A DNA stretch of 64,000 nt from Zygnema circumcarinatum SAG 698-1b (lineage: Eukaryota > Plantae > Zygnematophyceae), in the NCBI GenBank assembly GCA_037447605.1, contig CM074810.1, forward strand, positions 2,080,880 to 2,144,879, read 5' to 3'. The notes beneath the pieces were generated by a model. The model was not told the DNA's origin and did no database searches. It worked only from the letters and a program-made list of their open reading frames with translations. Positions 48,301 to 61,010 of the stretch are shown here, piece by piece. Both the position numbers and the translations under genes were made by a program. How positions within the stretch are numbered: position 1 is the stretch's first letter; each line of letters begins with the position of its first letter.

Positions 48301-51300
48301 AAAACTGCTGAAAGGGTCATTGGAAGCGCCTATTGATATATGTTCCATTCGTTTTGCAGATCGTCAAGGCTTTACGTCCTGCAGGGCCCTGCAGAGCGGA
48401 TGCCCGAAGTGAGCCTGCCTTTCCCCACCTTCATCCCTCGCAGGCGCACATAACCCACCTCGAAAAGAAGCTCTGAACGCTTCAAGGATCATGCTTTCCT
48501 GGGTCAGACGTGGCTGTTCAACACGACGTTGATCTGAAAGTGGACCCGTCTTGATGATCCTTGACCCGCAGGAGGGCCTGTCTCGTGCGGAGAGGACGGC
48601 CCTGCGGGCGGCGGAGGCCGCGCGGCGGCGCAAAGAGGACGAGGAGGCGGAGGCGCGCGCCGCCCACAGCCGGGGGGGGGGCGACGTCACCGTGACGTGG
48701 GGCATGGGCGAGGACGCGCAGGCGGACGCGGAGGACGCCGAGGTGTGCTGCCCGTGGACGAGGAAGGGGCCGTTAGGAGCCCATCGAGCTCAAGCTCGTT
48801 GGGGGTCCTTCGGAATCGAGTTTCTCCATGATTCCTACTTTATATAGGAATTTTAGGGTTTCGAGAATTTACGTTTCTGGAGGGAAAGAATTACAGAATG
48901 GGGTTGGTTGGGGATGTTTTGGTTTGTGTTTGCAGCCGGAGGAGGAGGTGACATACGAAACGTACAAGGGGAAGCTGACAGACCATCAGGAAAAGGTTTT
49001 CGAAAAGTTGAAGAAGAAGCAGGAAAAGGTGAGGATACAAGTACAAGTCCTTAGATCGCAGTGGGCACTTTTGAAGCAAGGGTTCAGGATGTCTGAGATG
49101 TTTGTAGTCTTTAATTTTTATAAGTAAAACGTGATCAACGTAAAGTAACCAACGTTGAGTTGCAACTGGCCGTGAACAAAGCGTGATATTTACAGGTCCG
49201 GTAGGTTTGACTTTGCCGATTTGCATAATTGCGGGCTGATTACAATCCCATCGACAAGTTGTTCTTGCTTTGACAACTTTGCATTTTGAGGGAGGATGTG
49301 CTTTGTTTCAGCTCCGCAACTTGCAACTTGAAATAGATGCAATCCAGGCAAAGGAGTTTGCACAAGGGGGACTTTCGCAGGGCCAGCAGACACAAATTTC
49401 TCGCAATGAGCAAAGAATTGAGCAGGTCAGTTGCACAGGGTGACTCATTACTGTCGCCTGACATTTTCGCCTCTTCCTCAAACCTTTTCTGCCCCCACTC
49501 TTTCTACGTCTGTCCCATTCTCTGTATAGCCGTCCTCGCCCTCTTCTCAACCCTTCCCTTGTCTCCTTCCCTTTATTGTCAACTTCCCCCTCTTTTTTCC
49601 CTTTTAGGGCTTTTCTTCCTATCCCCCTTTTCTCTTGTTCGACGTCGTCTTCTCCCTCTCTTTAGCGTTCCCACTACCTTTGTATCCATTTGTGGACACC
49701 TGTGCTTCAATGCTTCAACTTGGCTTTTTTTTGCTTTTGTTCATTGTTCCAGCGTATGGTTTGATCTTTTTCCGTGTGCTGTGTGTTGGCAGCTCATCGA
49801 GGAAGCCGAGAGTTTGGAGGAGACTCTGAATGACAGCATTCGAGAGAGTCTCGGAGCTAAAGACGGTGCTGCTGACGGTCAATCCGGGAAAAAGAAAGGC
49901 CGCGGCAGTAAAGGACAAGCGAGTGATGACGAGGGCGCCGACAGGTAGTGCCTGTCCTCACCCTCTTCGCGATTACTCGAGTGCTGTCCAGCGAAGTGGA
50001 AGAAGCATTTTCAAGGTTCTGCTTGGGACGGATTCTGCGGAAACCCTTTTCACATTTCTTGGAGCGGTCATTGTTGTCCCTTTCCTGTTTTTATGAGCGT
50101 GAAAGCCGGACGACTGCATGATGGTACAACACGAACAAGTCACGCGTTCAACTGTTATTATGCAGTTCAATGCATTTGTAAAGGCTGCTAACCCCTTCTT
50201 CAAGGACGTTCGTGAAAACAACGGAGGTAGTCCTGAAAGCAATTATGGGTTCTCTTGAAACGCTAACGATACGCAAGGCGATGTTTGAGTTGGAGTGATG
50301 ATGCAGTGATGACGACGAGTTCTACAATCGCGCCCGCCGTGTGACAGACCGGGCGGCAGCCCAAACAGTGGAAACTGCGGAATCCCTGTTGGAAAAGCGG
50401 AAAGCGTTGCAGATGGAACGGGAGATACTGCTGGAACGAATCAGAGATGAAGAAAAGCGGATGGCTATGTACATAGGAAACAAAAAACCTGAAGCTCAAG
50501 TAACAGCAGCTAAGGAGACGCCAAAAGACGTAGAAGAGATGAATGGGGCCGCTGATTCCCTCGATGCGTTTATGTCTAACGTTGCGTCTGAAATCGGTAA
50601 AGAGCAGTTTTTTTATGGACCACAAATTGCTGATGATCCCCGCAAGCCCCAGTTTTTTTTTCATAGACTTTCCACTTCAGAAAGTTTTCTGTACCTGAGT
50701 CTTCCTGAGCTTCACTCAACGTCAGTGTCCGACGCTGCTTTCTGTGGCCAATAAGGAGCACTGCACTCTTGTGAATCAAATCTTTTGCGCATCATAAGCA
50801 CTTAGTATGTCACCTGTATTTTTGACGAGTTGAATGTCTTGTGTTTTGTGTCCAGAAAAGGACAAAAGAGTGTACCTTGAAAGAGATCTTCGAAGGTTGG
50901 AAGCGGAGTATGAGAAGTTAAAAAAAATGCTCAAGATTGCCGATCCTGGAGGAGAAGCTGAGAGAAAATGGAAAGAGAACGAAGGAGACGCGGCTGGTGA
51001 GATGTTAGATAGACAGGAGTTGCGATTGGGAGAAGAAAATCCCCGGGGAAAGAGTAATGAGGGAGCTGAATTGAAACCAGAGGGGACTGGTGAGGGAGAT
51101 ACGGGAAGAGCGGAAGGATTTGAAGAGCGTGGGAGAGGAAGGCATCAGGCAGTCAGCAAACAAGGAAGTGAGGAAATGGAGGACGGAGTCGAGAGCAATA
51201 AGGAAGGTGATGCGACGAGGGAGGAAGGAAAGGAAGGTTTTGCAGTTACAAAGGTGGGAGAAGAGGAAGAAAGCCTGAGCCAGGAATCTGGGCAGGAAAA

Positions 51301-51795
51301 TTCTAGGACTAGTAGTCTGACTAGAGAGAAGGCGCAAGTTAAATTGGAGGTGGTGCAGGGAGACGGGAACGAAGAGCGAGAATTAGACGGAGAGAGAGGA
51401 GGAAGGCATTTGGAGGTGTCAAGAGGTGCAATACAAGGAGAAGGAACACATAAAGAGGAAGTTGTGAGAGGAAAGAGACGAGACAAAAAGAGGAGGAAGT
51501 TGGGGCCAGCAAAGCCTCCACAGCTAGTGAACGAGCAGGAGATTGGCGAAGTAGCGACCTGGATGCCTCCTGCAGGTCAGAAGTTCGGGGCTTCGGGGCT
51601 CGGGTTTTAAAGGCCTTCCTTGGGGATGGCGTTGGGTGTGAGAGTCTCGTTTCGTAAAGCTGGGAGTGCCACCTCAGTACTTTTTTTTATAGAAAGCCCC
51701 GTGCAGACTCAAAGAAACCCGGTTGCTCTCAATCGTTGTGTGCAGGACAATCGGGGGATGGCCGTACGGCGCTGAATGAGAAGTTCGGATACTGA
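45307..51795 (+). CDS. SLC4A1AP: Kanadaptin (SLC4A1AP)-like FHA-domain nuclear protein
   Basis: About 12 GT-AG exons, the first at 45307-46037 and the stop at 51793-51795. Motifs: MGPPPP start, APYVVPPWSGAP..YKLEVLKEGII, FHA GAYMFGRSDRCDCVLEHPSASRFHAVLQF..FDLGSTHGTVVNK..GDILKFGQSSRLYVLQGP, TWGMGEDA, LQLEIDAIQAKE..GGLSQGQQTQISRNEQRI, DDDEFYNR, and the C-terminal WMPPAGQSGDGRTALNEKFGY*. Confidence 0.95.
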
Positions 51796-52246
51796 TCTGT
51801 GGGTGTTGTCAGCATCTCGTAGTGTAGGCGAAAGGAGGCAGTGCAAGTGCAGGGTTGTCTGAGCATGCGAATCATGCGAGCGTACTTGCTTATGCGAATA
51901 ATGCTGGCGTCCATGCCAGATAGGGATTCTCGCCCGTGAAAAGTCGTACGGCGGAAATGGGGCCCGAATGAACAGGCTCCCTGGAATTGAGCTCAACCTA
52001 CTTGGCAAAAATTAGAATCTATACGTGTGACTGAACATATTGGGACTTTGAACTTTTTTAAATACTTTTTGCCTTCTCAAATTGAAAAAGTTGACTATTA
52101 TCAAACAAAGTCTAGCCGCGGCTCCTCAGGTCTGCAGGTTTCTGCTTCTCACTGCCTCGTGTTTCTCAGGCTTCTCTCGCGCCGCGCCTCAAGGCCAAGG
52201 CTTCGCCGCTCTCGTAAGCTCGCGGCTTCGCCGCGGGCCGCCGCCA

Positions 52247-53444
52247 GGCTCATGCCTCGCCTTGTGCCTCGTGCCTGCGTGCCTGCGCCTGCGTGCCTGC
52301 GCCTGCGTGCCTGCGCCTGCGTGCCTCATGCCTGCGTGCCTGCGCCTTGTGCCTCGTGCCTGCGTGCCTGCGCCTTGTGCCTCGTGCCTGCGTGCCTGCG
52401 TGCCTGCGCCTTGTGCCTCGTGCCTGCGTGCCTGCGTGCCTGCGTGCCTGCGCCTGCGTGCCTGCGTGCCTGCGTGCCTGCGCCTTGTGCCTCGTGCCTG
52501 CGTGCCTCATGCCTGCGTGCCTGCGTGCCTGCGCCTGCGTGCCTGCGCCTGCGTGCCTCATGCCTGCGTGCCTGCGTGCCTCATGCCTGCGTGCCTGCGC
52601 CTGCGTGCCTGCGTGCCTCATGCCTGCGTGCCTGCGCCTTGTGCCTCGTGCCTGCGTGCCTCATGCCTGCGTGCCTGCGTGCCTCATGCCTGCGTGCCTG
52701 CGTGCCTGCGCCTTGTGCCTCGTGCCTGCGTGCCTGCGCCTTGTGCCTCGTGCCTGCGTGCCTGCGTGCCTCATGCCTGCGTGCCTGCGCCTTGTGCCTC
52801 GTGCCTGCGTGCCTGCGTGCCTGCGTGCCTGCGCCTTGTGCCTCGTGCCTGCGTGCCTCATGCCTGCGTGCCTGCGTGCCTCATGCCTGCGTGCCTGCGC
52901 CTGCGTGCCTCATGCCTGCGTGCCTGCGCCTTGTGCCTCGTGCCTGCGTGCCTGCGTGCCTGCGTGCCTCATGCCTGCGTGCCTGCGTGCCTGCGTGCCT
53001 CATGCCTGCGTGCCTGCGCCTGCGTGCCTGCGTGCCTCATGCCTGCGTGCCTGCGTGCCTGCGTGCCTCGTGCCTGCGTGCCTGCGTGCCTGCGTGCCTC
53101 ATGCCTGCGTGCCTGCGTGCCTGCGTGCCTGCGCCTTGTGCCTCGTGCCTCGCCTTGTGCCTCGTGCCTCGCCTTGTGCCTCGTGCCTCGCCTTGTGCCT
53201 CGTGCCTCGCCTCGTGCCTCGTGCCTCGCCTCGTGCCTCATGCCTCGTGCCTCGTGCTTTGTGCCTCGCCTCGTGCCTCGTGCCTCATGCCTCGCCTTGT
53301 GCCTGCGTGCCTGCGCCTGCGTGCCTGCGTGCCTCATGCCTGCGTGCCTCGTGCCTGCGCCTGCGTGCCTGCGCCTGCGTGCCTGCGTGCCTCATGCCTC
53401 GCCTCATGCCTCGCCTCGTGCCTCGTGCCTCGCCTTGTGCCTCG
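52247..53444. repeat. ~1.2-kb GC-rich satellite of 6-8-nt monomers sharing a GCCT core
   Basis: Mosaic of GCCTGCGT, GCCTCAT, GCCTCGT, GCCTTGT and GCCTGC monomers, with a recurring higher-order block GCCTGC-GCCTTGT-GCCTCGT-GCCTGCGT. Confidence 0.95.
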
Positions 53445-54941
53445 TGTGACAGAAGAGAACACATTCAAGCTTGAAGCACAATACACATAATCTCACAAGA
53501 TCAACACATAACTCATAAACACTTCTTTATTTCATCTGAGGCCTCATTACAAATCACTCCATCCTTTCTTCTGTCTTCTCTCTTCTCTCTTCTCTCTTCT
53601 CTCTTCTCTCTTCTCTCTTCTCTCTTCTCTCTTCTCTCTTCTCTCTTCTCTCTTCTCTCTTCTCTCTTCTCTCTTCTCTCTTCTCTCTTCTCTCTTCTCT
53701 CTTCTCTCTTCTCTCTTCTCTCTTCTCTCTTCTCTCTTCTCTCTTCTCTCTTCTCTCTTCTCTCTTCTCTCTTCTCTCTTCTCTCTTCTCTCTTCTCTCT
53801 TCTCTCTTCTCTCTTCTCTCTTCTCTCTTCTCTCTTCTCTCTTCTCTCTTCTCTCTTCTCTCTTCTCTCTTCTCTCTTCTCTCTTCTCTCTTCTCTCTTC
53901 TCTCTTCTCTCTTCTCTCTTCTCTCTTCTCTCTTCTCTCTTCTCTCTTCTCTCTTCTCTCTTCTCTCTTCTCTCTTCTCTCTTCTCTCTTCTCTCTTCTC
54001 TCTTCTCTCTTCTCTCTTCTCTCTTCTCTCTTCTCTCTTCTCTCTTCTCTCTTCTCTCTTCTCTCTTCTCTCTTCTCTCTTCTCTCTTCTCTCTTCTCTC
54101 TTCTCTCTTCTCTCTTCTCTCTTCTCTCTTCTCTCTTCTCTCTTCTCTCTTCTCTCTTCTCTCTTCTCTCTTCTCTCTTCTCTCTTCTCTCTTCTCTCTT
54201 CTCTCTTCTCTCTTCTCTCTTCTCTCTTCTCTCTTCTCTCTTCTCTCTTCTCTCTTCTCTCTTCTCTCTTCTCTCTTCTCTCTTCTCTCTTCTCTCTTCT
54301 CTCTTCTCTCTTCTCTCTTCTCTCTTCTCTCTTCTCTCTTCTCTCTTCTCTCTTCTCTCTTCTCTCTTCTCTCTTCTCTCTTCTCTCTTCTCTCTTCTCT
54401 CTTCTCTCTTCTCTCTTCTCTCTTCTCTCTTCTCTCTTCTCTTCCTGTATTCTATATCTCAAGGCAGCACTTCTTTTCTACTCAATATCTAAGTTTCCGT
54501 GACCTCAATCCCCTCCTTCCCCGAAAGCACCATACATTTATACGCTACTACCGACAGCTTCTCCTCCTACTTGATATTCTTTCTTCAAGCATGCACCTTC
54601 TTGAACTCTCTCACACGCGCGGTCTCTTTCGCCCGTACACATGTCCGTACCATCGTCTGTACAACCGTCCGTACAACCCGCAGCATCATCATCTATCACA
54701 ATTCCCCCTCTTGATGCAAGGGTTGGACAACTCATGCATTCATCAATCTTACAAGTTTGCAACATCTACCAATCATTGGTCCTGTCCCTACATTGGTCAT
54801 CATATCAGCTGCCTGCTTTGTCGTATGAACATACTTCAGCTCAATCTCCTTCTTGGTCACTAACTCACGAATGAAATGGTACTTCAAATCTATATGCTTT
54901 GTCCTCTTGTGATAAACTGGGTTCTTAACAATGCAATGCAA
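53445..54941 (-). mobile_element. 3' end of a Ty1/Copia retrotransposon: RNase H C-terminus, PPT and 3' LTR (53445-54700)
   Basis: The minus strand encodes IVKNPVYHKRTKHIDLKYHFIRELVTKKEIELKYVHTTKQAADMMT. A polypurine tract AAGAGGGGGAAT is followed directly by TGTGATAGA (54700), and the matching inverted end TCTGTCACA is at 53453-53445. Confidence 0.88.
53574..54441. repeat. Perfect heptanucleotide microsatellite (TCTTCTC)x124 inside the Copia LTR
   Basis: 868 bp = 124 x 7 nt, with no interruptions seen. Confidence 0.95.
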
Positions 54942-54942
54942 C

Positions 54943-57900
54943 TGTAGCGAAACGCTACAGTCACCTACGGGAGATGTACTTAGGGCGCTTTCCGTCTTGG
55001 TACTCTCGCCCGAGCGCCGGCCGAGCGGTTAAGGCGCCGGGCGCCATCTGGGACCCAAAAGGTCTTGGGATCGAACCTTGCAAATATTGCAAGGGTTCGA
55101 TATATGCCGACATAGATATAGTCATGGCTGGATGTGGTCGGGATCACGGAATCACCACATCTTCTTACGCTTTTGGTACGCAGCCATCGGGCCCCGCATG
55201 TTTTACGGTTACCGCTGGTAATGCGACGGGTTCCCGACAGCCGGATCTCGCTACCGCTGCTGTAGATCCGACCAGTGCACCGACAGACGACGGCGCTTTC
55301 GTCAGCGGGGCGTACATGCCCGCTGAATGCGGCAAGCATTCCGCGACGTTGTATTCACCCCCACTCCATCCCGTCGAGATGGACACGCATGGTACCATCG
55401 GACAACCTCGCCTAACCTCCATGCCGGGTAGAGGTTCAACGGGGAAGGCAGGCGAGGGTGACGGTCGCCACCCAACCAACGTAATCGCATACGGCCGCAG
55501 ACCGCCTGTGGTCAGGCCACCCTCCTCGCTTCTCTCTCCTCGACCAACTCCGGTGCGCTTCATCGAAAGTGCAATTCCGCTACAGTCGTATAGCTGCAGA
55601 TTTTACCGTGACATTTGCATCGCCGCCAAGGCGAATTTTGACAGAGAACTCAAGGGTCGCGGCGCACTTCACCCGGCCGAAAGCAGAGTGGACCCGGCCT
55701 CGGCATCTCCCAAGACTGGGCCCCTCGACGAGGTGATGGAGGAGAATCCCGAGATCAAGGGCCGCCCATGGAGGCCTGGGCCTCGAAGCCCACCTGGATG
55801 ACCAAGGTCATCCTAAGTGAATGCCGCCTCCTCCGGCGGCCACCGGGAGCCGTTGGCCCCCGCGCATCTCCGATCCCATGATCGGGGCCCACATTACGGT
55901 GGGCGCGTCCTTGAAGATGAAAAAGAGGATCGATGATCTGGGAACGGGCGTAAGGCAGCAGCGCGTCTCCACCATGGCTTGTTCGAGGAAGGTGGACGAC
56001 ATGGAGCTCAAGGGTCCGCCGCCTGGTGGACACGCTCCAAATGGACTTCAGGGGCCTGGCGGAGAGGCTCCAACGGATCGAAGAAGGTATGCCCCGAACC
56101 CCCCCTCAGGCTGTAGAGGCAGTGGATGCAGCAGGTCCTGGGGAAGGGGTTAGGCATACCACTCTTGCTTTGCCCCATCAGCCTGCACACCCGGGCTGCC
56201 GGAGGGTCTGCAAGTCCGCGCCTCGTGTCACTGGGAGGGGGAGTCACCCCATGGGGAGGGCCACCCACCCAGGCGGGGCACCCCTTGCCAGGCAGCTGGC
56301 CGGGCTGGAGCAGATCCCAGCCCCTCGCAGTCCTCACAACCACTGGGGATGCCAAACGAATTGGGCCAAGGGGCCCCGCCCTTCGGGTGAACATCCTATA
56401 CGACTGCTCCATCGAGCGTTGGATCAACCAGGGCTCACCTTCTCGCCATGGACTGCCCCCCTCCAGTGAGCTCCTGTGACCGAGCATTGCAGGCAGCCTG
56501 CAGAAGATCAGACCCAGGGCCTCTTGACGATATAAAATATGATCGCATAAGCTTCAGATGAACTTCTCACACTTCAAATTTCTGCATCTGGCTTTCAGGT
56601 CGGGGAGAAATTCCAGAACACGCTCGAGCTCTGATCGTTGAGCTGCTTTGCCAGCACCTGTCGGCCAAGCGGGTGCCTCAAATCACCACTCACAAGCCTG
56701 GACAGCTGAGTTCTTCTTCCACTCAGGATGGCCTTAAACCACACCCTGAGGAAGCATCTGGATATCCAATCTACCGGACTCCCCAAACTTGTGGCACCCC
56801 CCGCCGACTCAAAGCTGCACTTTGATGAGCCATTCAGCCTGGCACACGCCCTGCAGCCATGCACCTTTTGACCCATACAGGTTGGCCATGATGTGTCAGG
56901 AGTCACTTCACTTGCCAAGATGGCAAGAAAGAGCAAGCGAGGGCTCTGACGTGCCCGCCCAGCCACTGATGTGATATAAAGTTGACTCCAAAGAGATGGA
57001 GCGAATGATGGAGATAAGTGCTTCTGATGTACAGGGAGGGAGCAGGTTGGGATTGCCCCTCAAATTGCGAGGCAGAGGAAGGGTAAAGGGCACCCAAACC
57101 CATTGCCACTGTGGGGTGCTGCTGTGGACATGTTGATGAGGCAGGGTGGAAGACTGTCTGCCAGGAACTAGGGGACATTTGTTTCTTAGAACCTTGGACA
57201 TTCTTAAATTGATTGGCAGACCTTTGGGAATGCACGATCTCTTTGTGTGTGATGCACTCCCTGTTTCCATTTCCCTCTCCCCTGCCACTATAGTGACTCC
57301 TTCTGGGTTTATGGATGTAGTGATGAATGGTGATTGGCATGTCTTTATCCTCAATGTCATGGGCGATGATGTTCTCATGCAATGTGCCATGGATGCTTTG
57401 CATGTCATGGGAAACACCTCCCATATCCTTGGGCTGCATGTGCTGGTTCCTCAGCACATGGCAGTTCGCACCTTTCCCAACGCCACTTGGCGGGTGGTGA
57501 AACAGTTGAGGAAAGGGCACAAATTGGTGCAGACGATGGAAGGATCCACCAGTTCGCTGGTTGGATCNNNNNNNNNNTGCATTCACCCAGAGATTTGGGT
57601 TGACCACAGATCCCCATTCAGAAAGTGTTACTTTCGGGGATGGACGCAAGGGCCAGATCTCTGGCATCGTCACACTCAAGATCAAGCTCCAATCCTACTC
57701 CGGGGCAGTGAAGTGTCTTCTGACACAACTGGCCCCTGGTACGGATGTTATTTTAGGGAGTGCTTGGTTAACCATGGTCAAAGCCCAATTGGACTTTTCC
57801 ATCCCACACTGCATTCTGCACAGTGGGGATAGGCGCATCACACTGCACCCTGGCAAACCCACATCCACTGCTATCACGCAGGTTGATACTCCTTATCTCT

Positions 57901-59775
57901 GCTCGGCTATGCAATTGGCCAAAGCAGTTAAGGAGGGTTGCACCTTGTTCATGGTGCATGTCATGGCAGCCACTGAGGATGTGCATGACGAAGATCAGGA
58001 ATGGCAAATCACATCCACGGATGTGCTCTCGGCCGTTCCACCCAAAATCCAACCTTTGTTGGATGAGTTCAGGGATGTCTTCCCTGATGACCTTCCAAGG
58101 GGTTGCCCCCATCGAGAGGGGTGGGGCACACAATCCGTCTTGAGCCTGAGCAAAAGCCGCCTTGGCGGCCGATCTATCGGTTAAGTCCGAAGGAAACCGA
58201 GGAAATGCGTAAGCAGTTGGCAACTTTACGTGAAAAGGGCTGGATAGAACCCAGTCAGAGCCCCTTTGGGGCGCCCATCTTGTTCGTTGGGAAGAAAGAT
58301 GGCTCGTTGAGGATGTGCATTGATTATCGCGCACTCAACAAGATCACCGTAAAGAACCGTTTTGCTTTACCACGTATTGATGATCTGTTGGATTGTCTCC
58401 ACGGCGCCAAAGTGTTTACTTCACTCAATCTATCAGGGGTACCGTCAATCCGCGTAGGGTTTGAAAACCAATGTGCCGGAACCGCGATTATGGACGCCGA
58501 TCGTCATCCCAAGTCTGCAGGTGTTACCCTCAATGGCTGCTGCTGACAACTGCAGCTGTAATGAGCGGATGTCATCGGCATGAGCAAGTTTGTTTTGGTT
58601 TACCTCGATGATATCCTTGTCTTCAGTAAGACGGAGGAGGAACATCTTGAACACGTTCGGAAAGTGTTTGAGACCCTGAGGAAACACCAATTTTATGCCA
58701 AGAGGAAGAAGTGTCACTTCATGCAACGCGAGTTGCTTTATCTTGGGCATATCCTCAATGATCAGGGTCTTCGGCCTGATCCTGCCAAAGTTTCAGCGGT
58801 AGAAACTTGGGCGCCACCGACTGACTTGCATCAGTTGCGATCGTTCTTGGGTTTTGCGAATTATTTTCGTAAGTTCATCCAAGGGTTTAGTAAGTTGGTT
58901 ACTCCTTTGACTAATTTGACACGTTCCGGTGTCCCCATTGTCTGGACCCCTGAATGCCAGGAAGCATTCGAGGGTGTCCGCCATGCACTTGTTACCGCAC
59001 CCACTCTCCGTTTAGCGGACCCGTCCAAGCCTTATGAAGTGGTTTGTGATGCTTCGGGATTCGCCTTGGGTGCCATCTTGTTTCGTGATGGCCAACCTTT
59101 TGGCGATGAAAGTCGCGAAATGAATCCCGGGCCGAAATTTAACTATTCGCAGAATGCACGTAGAACCGCTGTAGCTGTCCACTGGCGGTTACGCGTGCTA
59201 TTTAGAGGGGCTTAAAGCGGCCACGTACCGGGTCACCGACCACGTACTGCCGACGCCTTCACCCAAACAGTATCTCGCTCAGCGGCAAGTGCACGCCGTC
59301 CGAAGTTCTCCAGCGGTTTGATCGCCGCTGGGTTTATCGCCCGACGCACAATGTAAGCGCACTTTAATCGGCGTACCGATCTTGCCCTCGATGGTGCGCC
59401 GCCGACTCGAGTGTTGGTGGAACGAGATGACAGAGGTGAGGGGCCGGCCAACCCCGAGTCTCCGTCTCCAGTATGCTTTGTCATAGATCCCTCCACCAGT
59501 GACGTAGTCGACCCTCCTGCTCTCTCTAATCTCAGACAGATGATTCAGGAGGGGTATACTGGTGATCCTTTGTTCCTGGATGGCCAAGGTAATGGCTATA
59601 AGGACAAAGTGGTGTCTAAGGACGGATTCTGGTACCACGGCCAGCAGTTGGTCGTGCCCAAGGCCGGGACTGTACGGCAGCTCATTCTGGGTGAGCTACA
59701 TGATCCTCCGTACCGAGGTCACATGGGAGTTGCCAAAACCCTTGAGGCACTGCTCCGAGAGTTCAGTGTTGTACG
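54943..59775 (+). mobile_element. Degenerate Ty3/Gypsy retrotransposon, truncated at the 3' end and inserted into the Copia element
   Basis: Begins TGTAGCG at the point where the Copia RNase H is cut. It has gag remnants (DGLKPH), a protease tail (DVILGSAWL), RT ([45 protein letters not shown]; VLVYLDDILVFS), RNase H (VVCDASGFALGAIL) and an integrase Zn region (ELHDPPYRGHMGVAKT). There are multiple frameshifts and a 10-N gap at 57568-57577. Confidence 0.92.
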
Positions 59776-60270
59776 GGGCTAGAGACCGTAACAACGTTTT
59801 GGTGCATAAGTCTCTAGAGGATAAAAGAACTAGACGCGAACATGAAAGCGACAAGGCTGGTCGCGCGAACAAATGTGACGCGATAAGTTCTGGTACCGTG
59901 ACGTGACGAAACAACGTTTCGAGCATACGACATGGGCGCGCGCGCGGGCGCGCGAACACTAAGGTCGGAATGGTACGGACGCGAACCAGACCGGACTCAC
60001 GCGGCACTAAGTTCAGAACTGTACGGACGCGCGCGCGAATCGAGATCGAACTCGAAGAGGCAAGTGCTTAAGGTGGCCCGCTGCAAGTGCGGCGCCCAAA
60101 GGCGGCCGCGCCAGAGGAGCCAACGCCCGAGGCGGTGAAGCCTGAAGAGCCAAGCGGATGCAAGAAGCCGCCGCCAAACCATGTCAGGGTTTGCGGCGCT
60201 CCCCAGCTACATAAGGGGCTTGTGTACAGGGTCTGATTAACCTCTCGCACTATACACTCTTCGGTGGGTG

Positions 60271-61010
60271 TGTAGCGAGCCAAGGCGGGGCCTTTAGTCA
60301 GGGGAAAGGGTGTGCTGCAAGTCTGGGAATAGAAAAGTGGGGTAGTGCAAGCTGCATTGAGTAGAGCGCTTCTGCTAGAATCTGTTGTACTTCACCTCAA
60401 AGAAAATACAGAGTTTTACGCCCGGTGGGGCTTTCTCTATCTAAGTGTTTGAGTCATACATCTGTCTTGAGCATTCCCTTCGCGAACTGCTGCTACGAAG
60501 ATGTCTGCTACCTCAGAACTCAGTGGAGGACTCTCTGGCGAAGGTGGTTCCACGGTTGAATCGCCTACAAGTGGTATCAGAGCTGATGGTGACATTCGGC
60601 ACACGATTCCCATATTCAAAGGTACTGACTACAGCGATTGCGCGGGCATGATGACCCTCCTGTACTCGCAAGGGATCTGGTTCAAGATTGAACGGTCCAT
60701 CGCATTCACCGAATCGGTGACTCGCCCATGGCCGCACGCACCGGGCGACGCGGGATCTAAGAAGGACGCTTCGCGAGGCTACCTACTCTCAAGCGTCGAG
60801 GGAACCTCGCCGTAAGATGCTCCCGAGCTCAAGACCGCGACACCCATGCGGCGCAGTCGCCAACATCTACGACGTCATCGATATCAACGTCAAATTCGAG
60901 CTCTACGATGAGCTGATGCAACTAAAGATGGCCCAGACCGAGGACTTGACCACCTACGTGATTCGTTTCGATGAACTGATGGCGAAGTTCTTGATCGCCC
61001 AGCAGCCCAT
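60271..61010 (+). mobile_element. 5' fragment of a second Copia element: LTR (60271-60569), tRNA-iMet PBS and degenerate gag
   Basis: LTR with TGTAG...CTACA ends, PBS TGGTATCAGAGC at 60572-60583, and gag-like IPIFKGTDYSD and LYDELMQLKMAQTEDLTTYVIRFDELMAK. Confidence 0.8.

Noticed and set aside
52027-53490. Three long Cys/Ala/Arg-rich ORFs (487, 455 and 393 aa)
   Set aside because: All three + frames are open only because the GCCT satellite contains no stop triplets on that strand; an artefact.
53554-54462. 302-aa (REERREK)n ORF
   Set aside because: It is the translation of the (GAGAAGA)124 microsatellite inside an LTR.
56595-57685. Minus-strand ORFs that superficially suggested an inverted integrase fragment
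   Set aside because: The motifs were unconvincing, and the + strand fits degenerate gag/protease collinear with the Gypsy pol.
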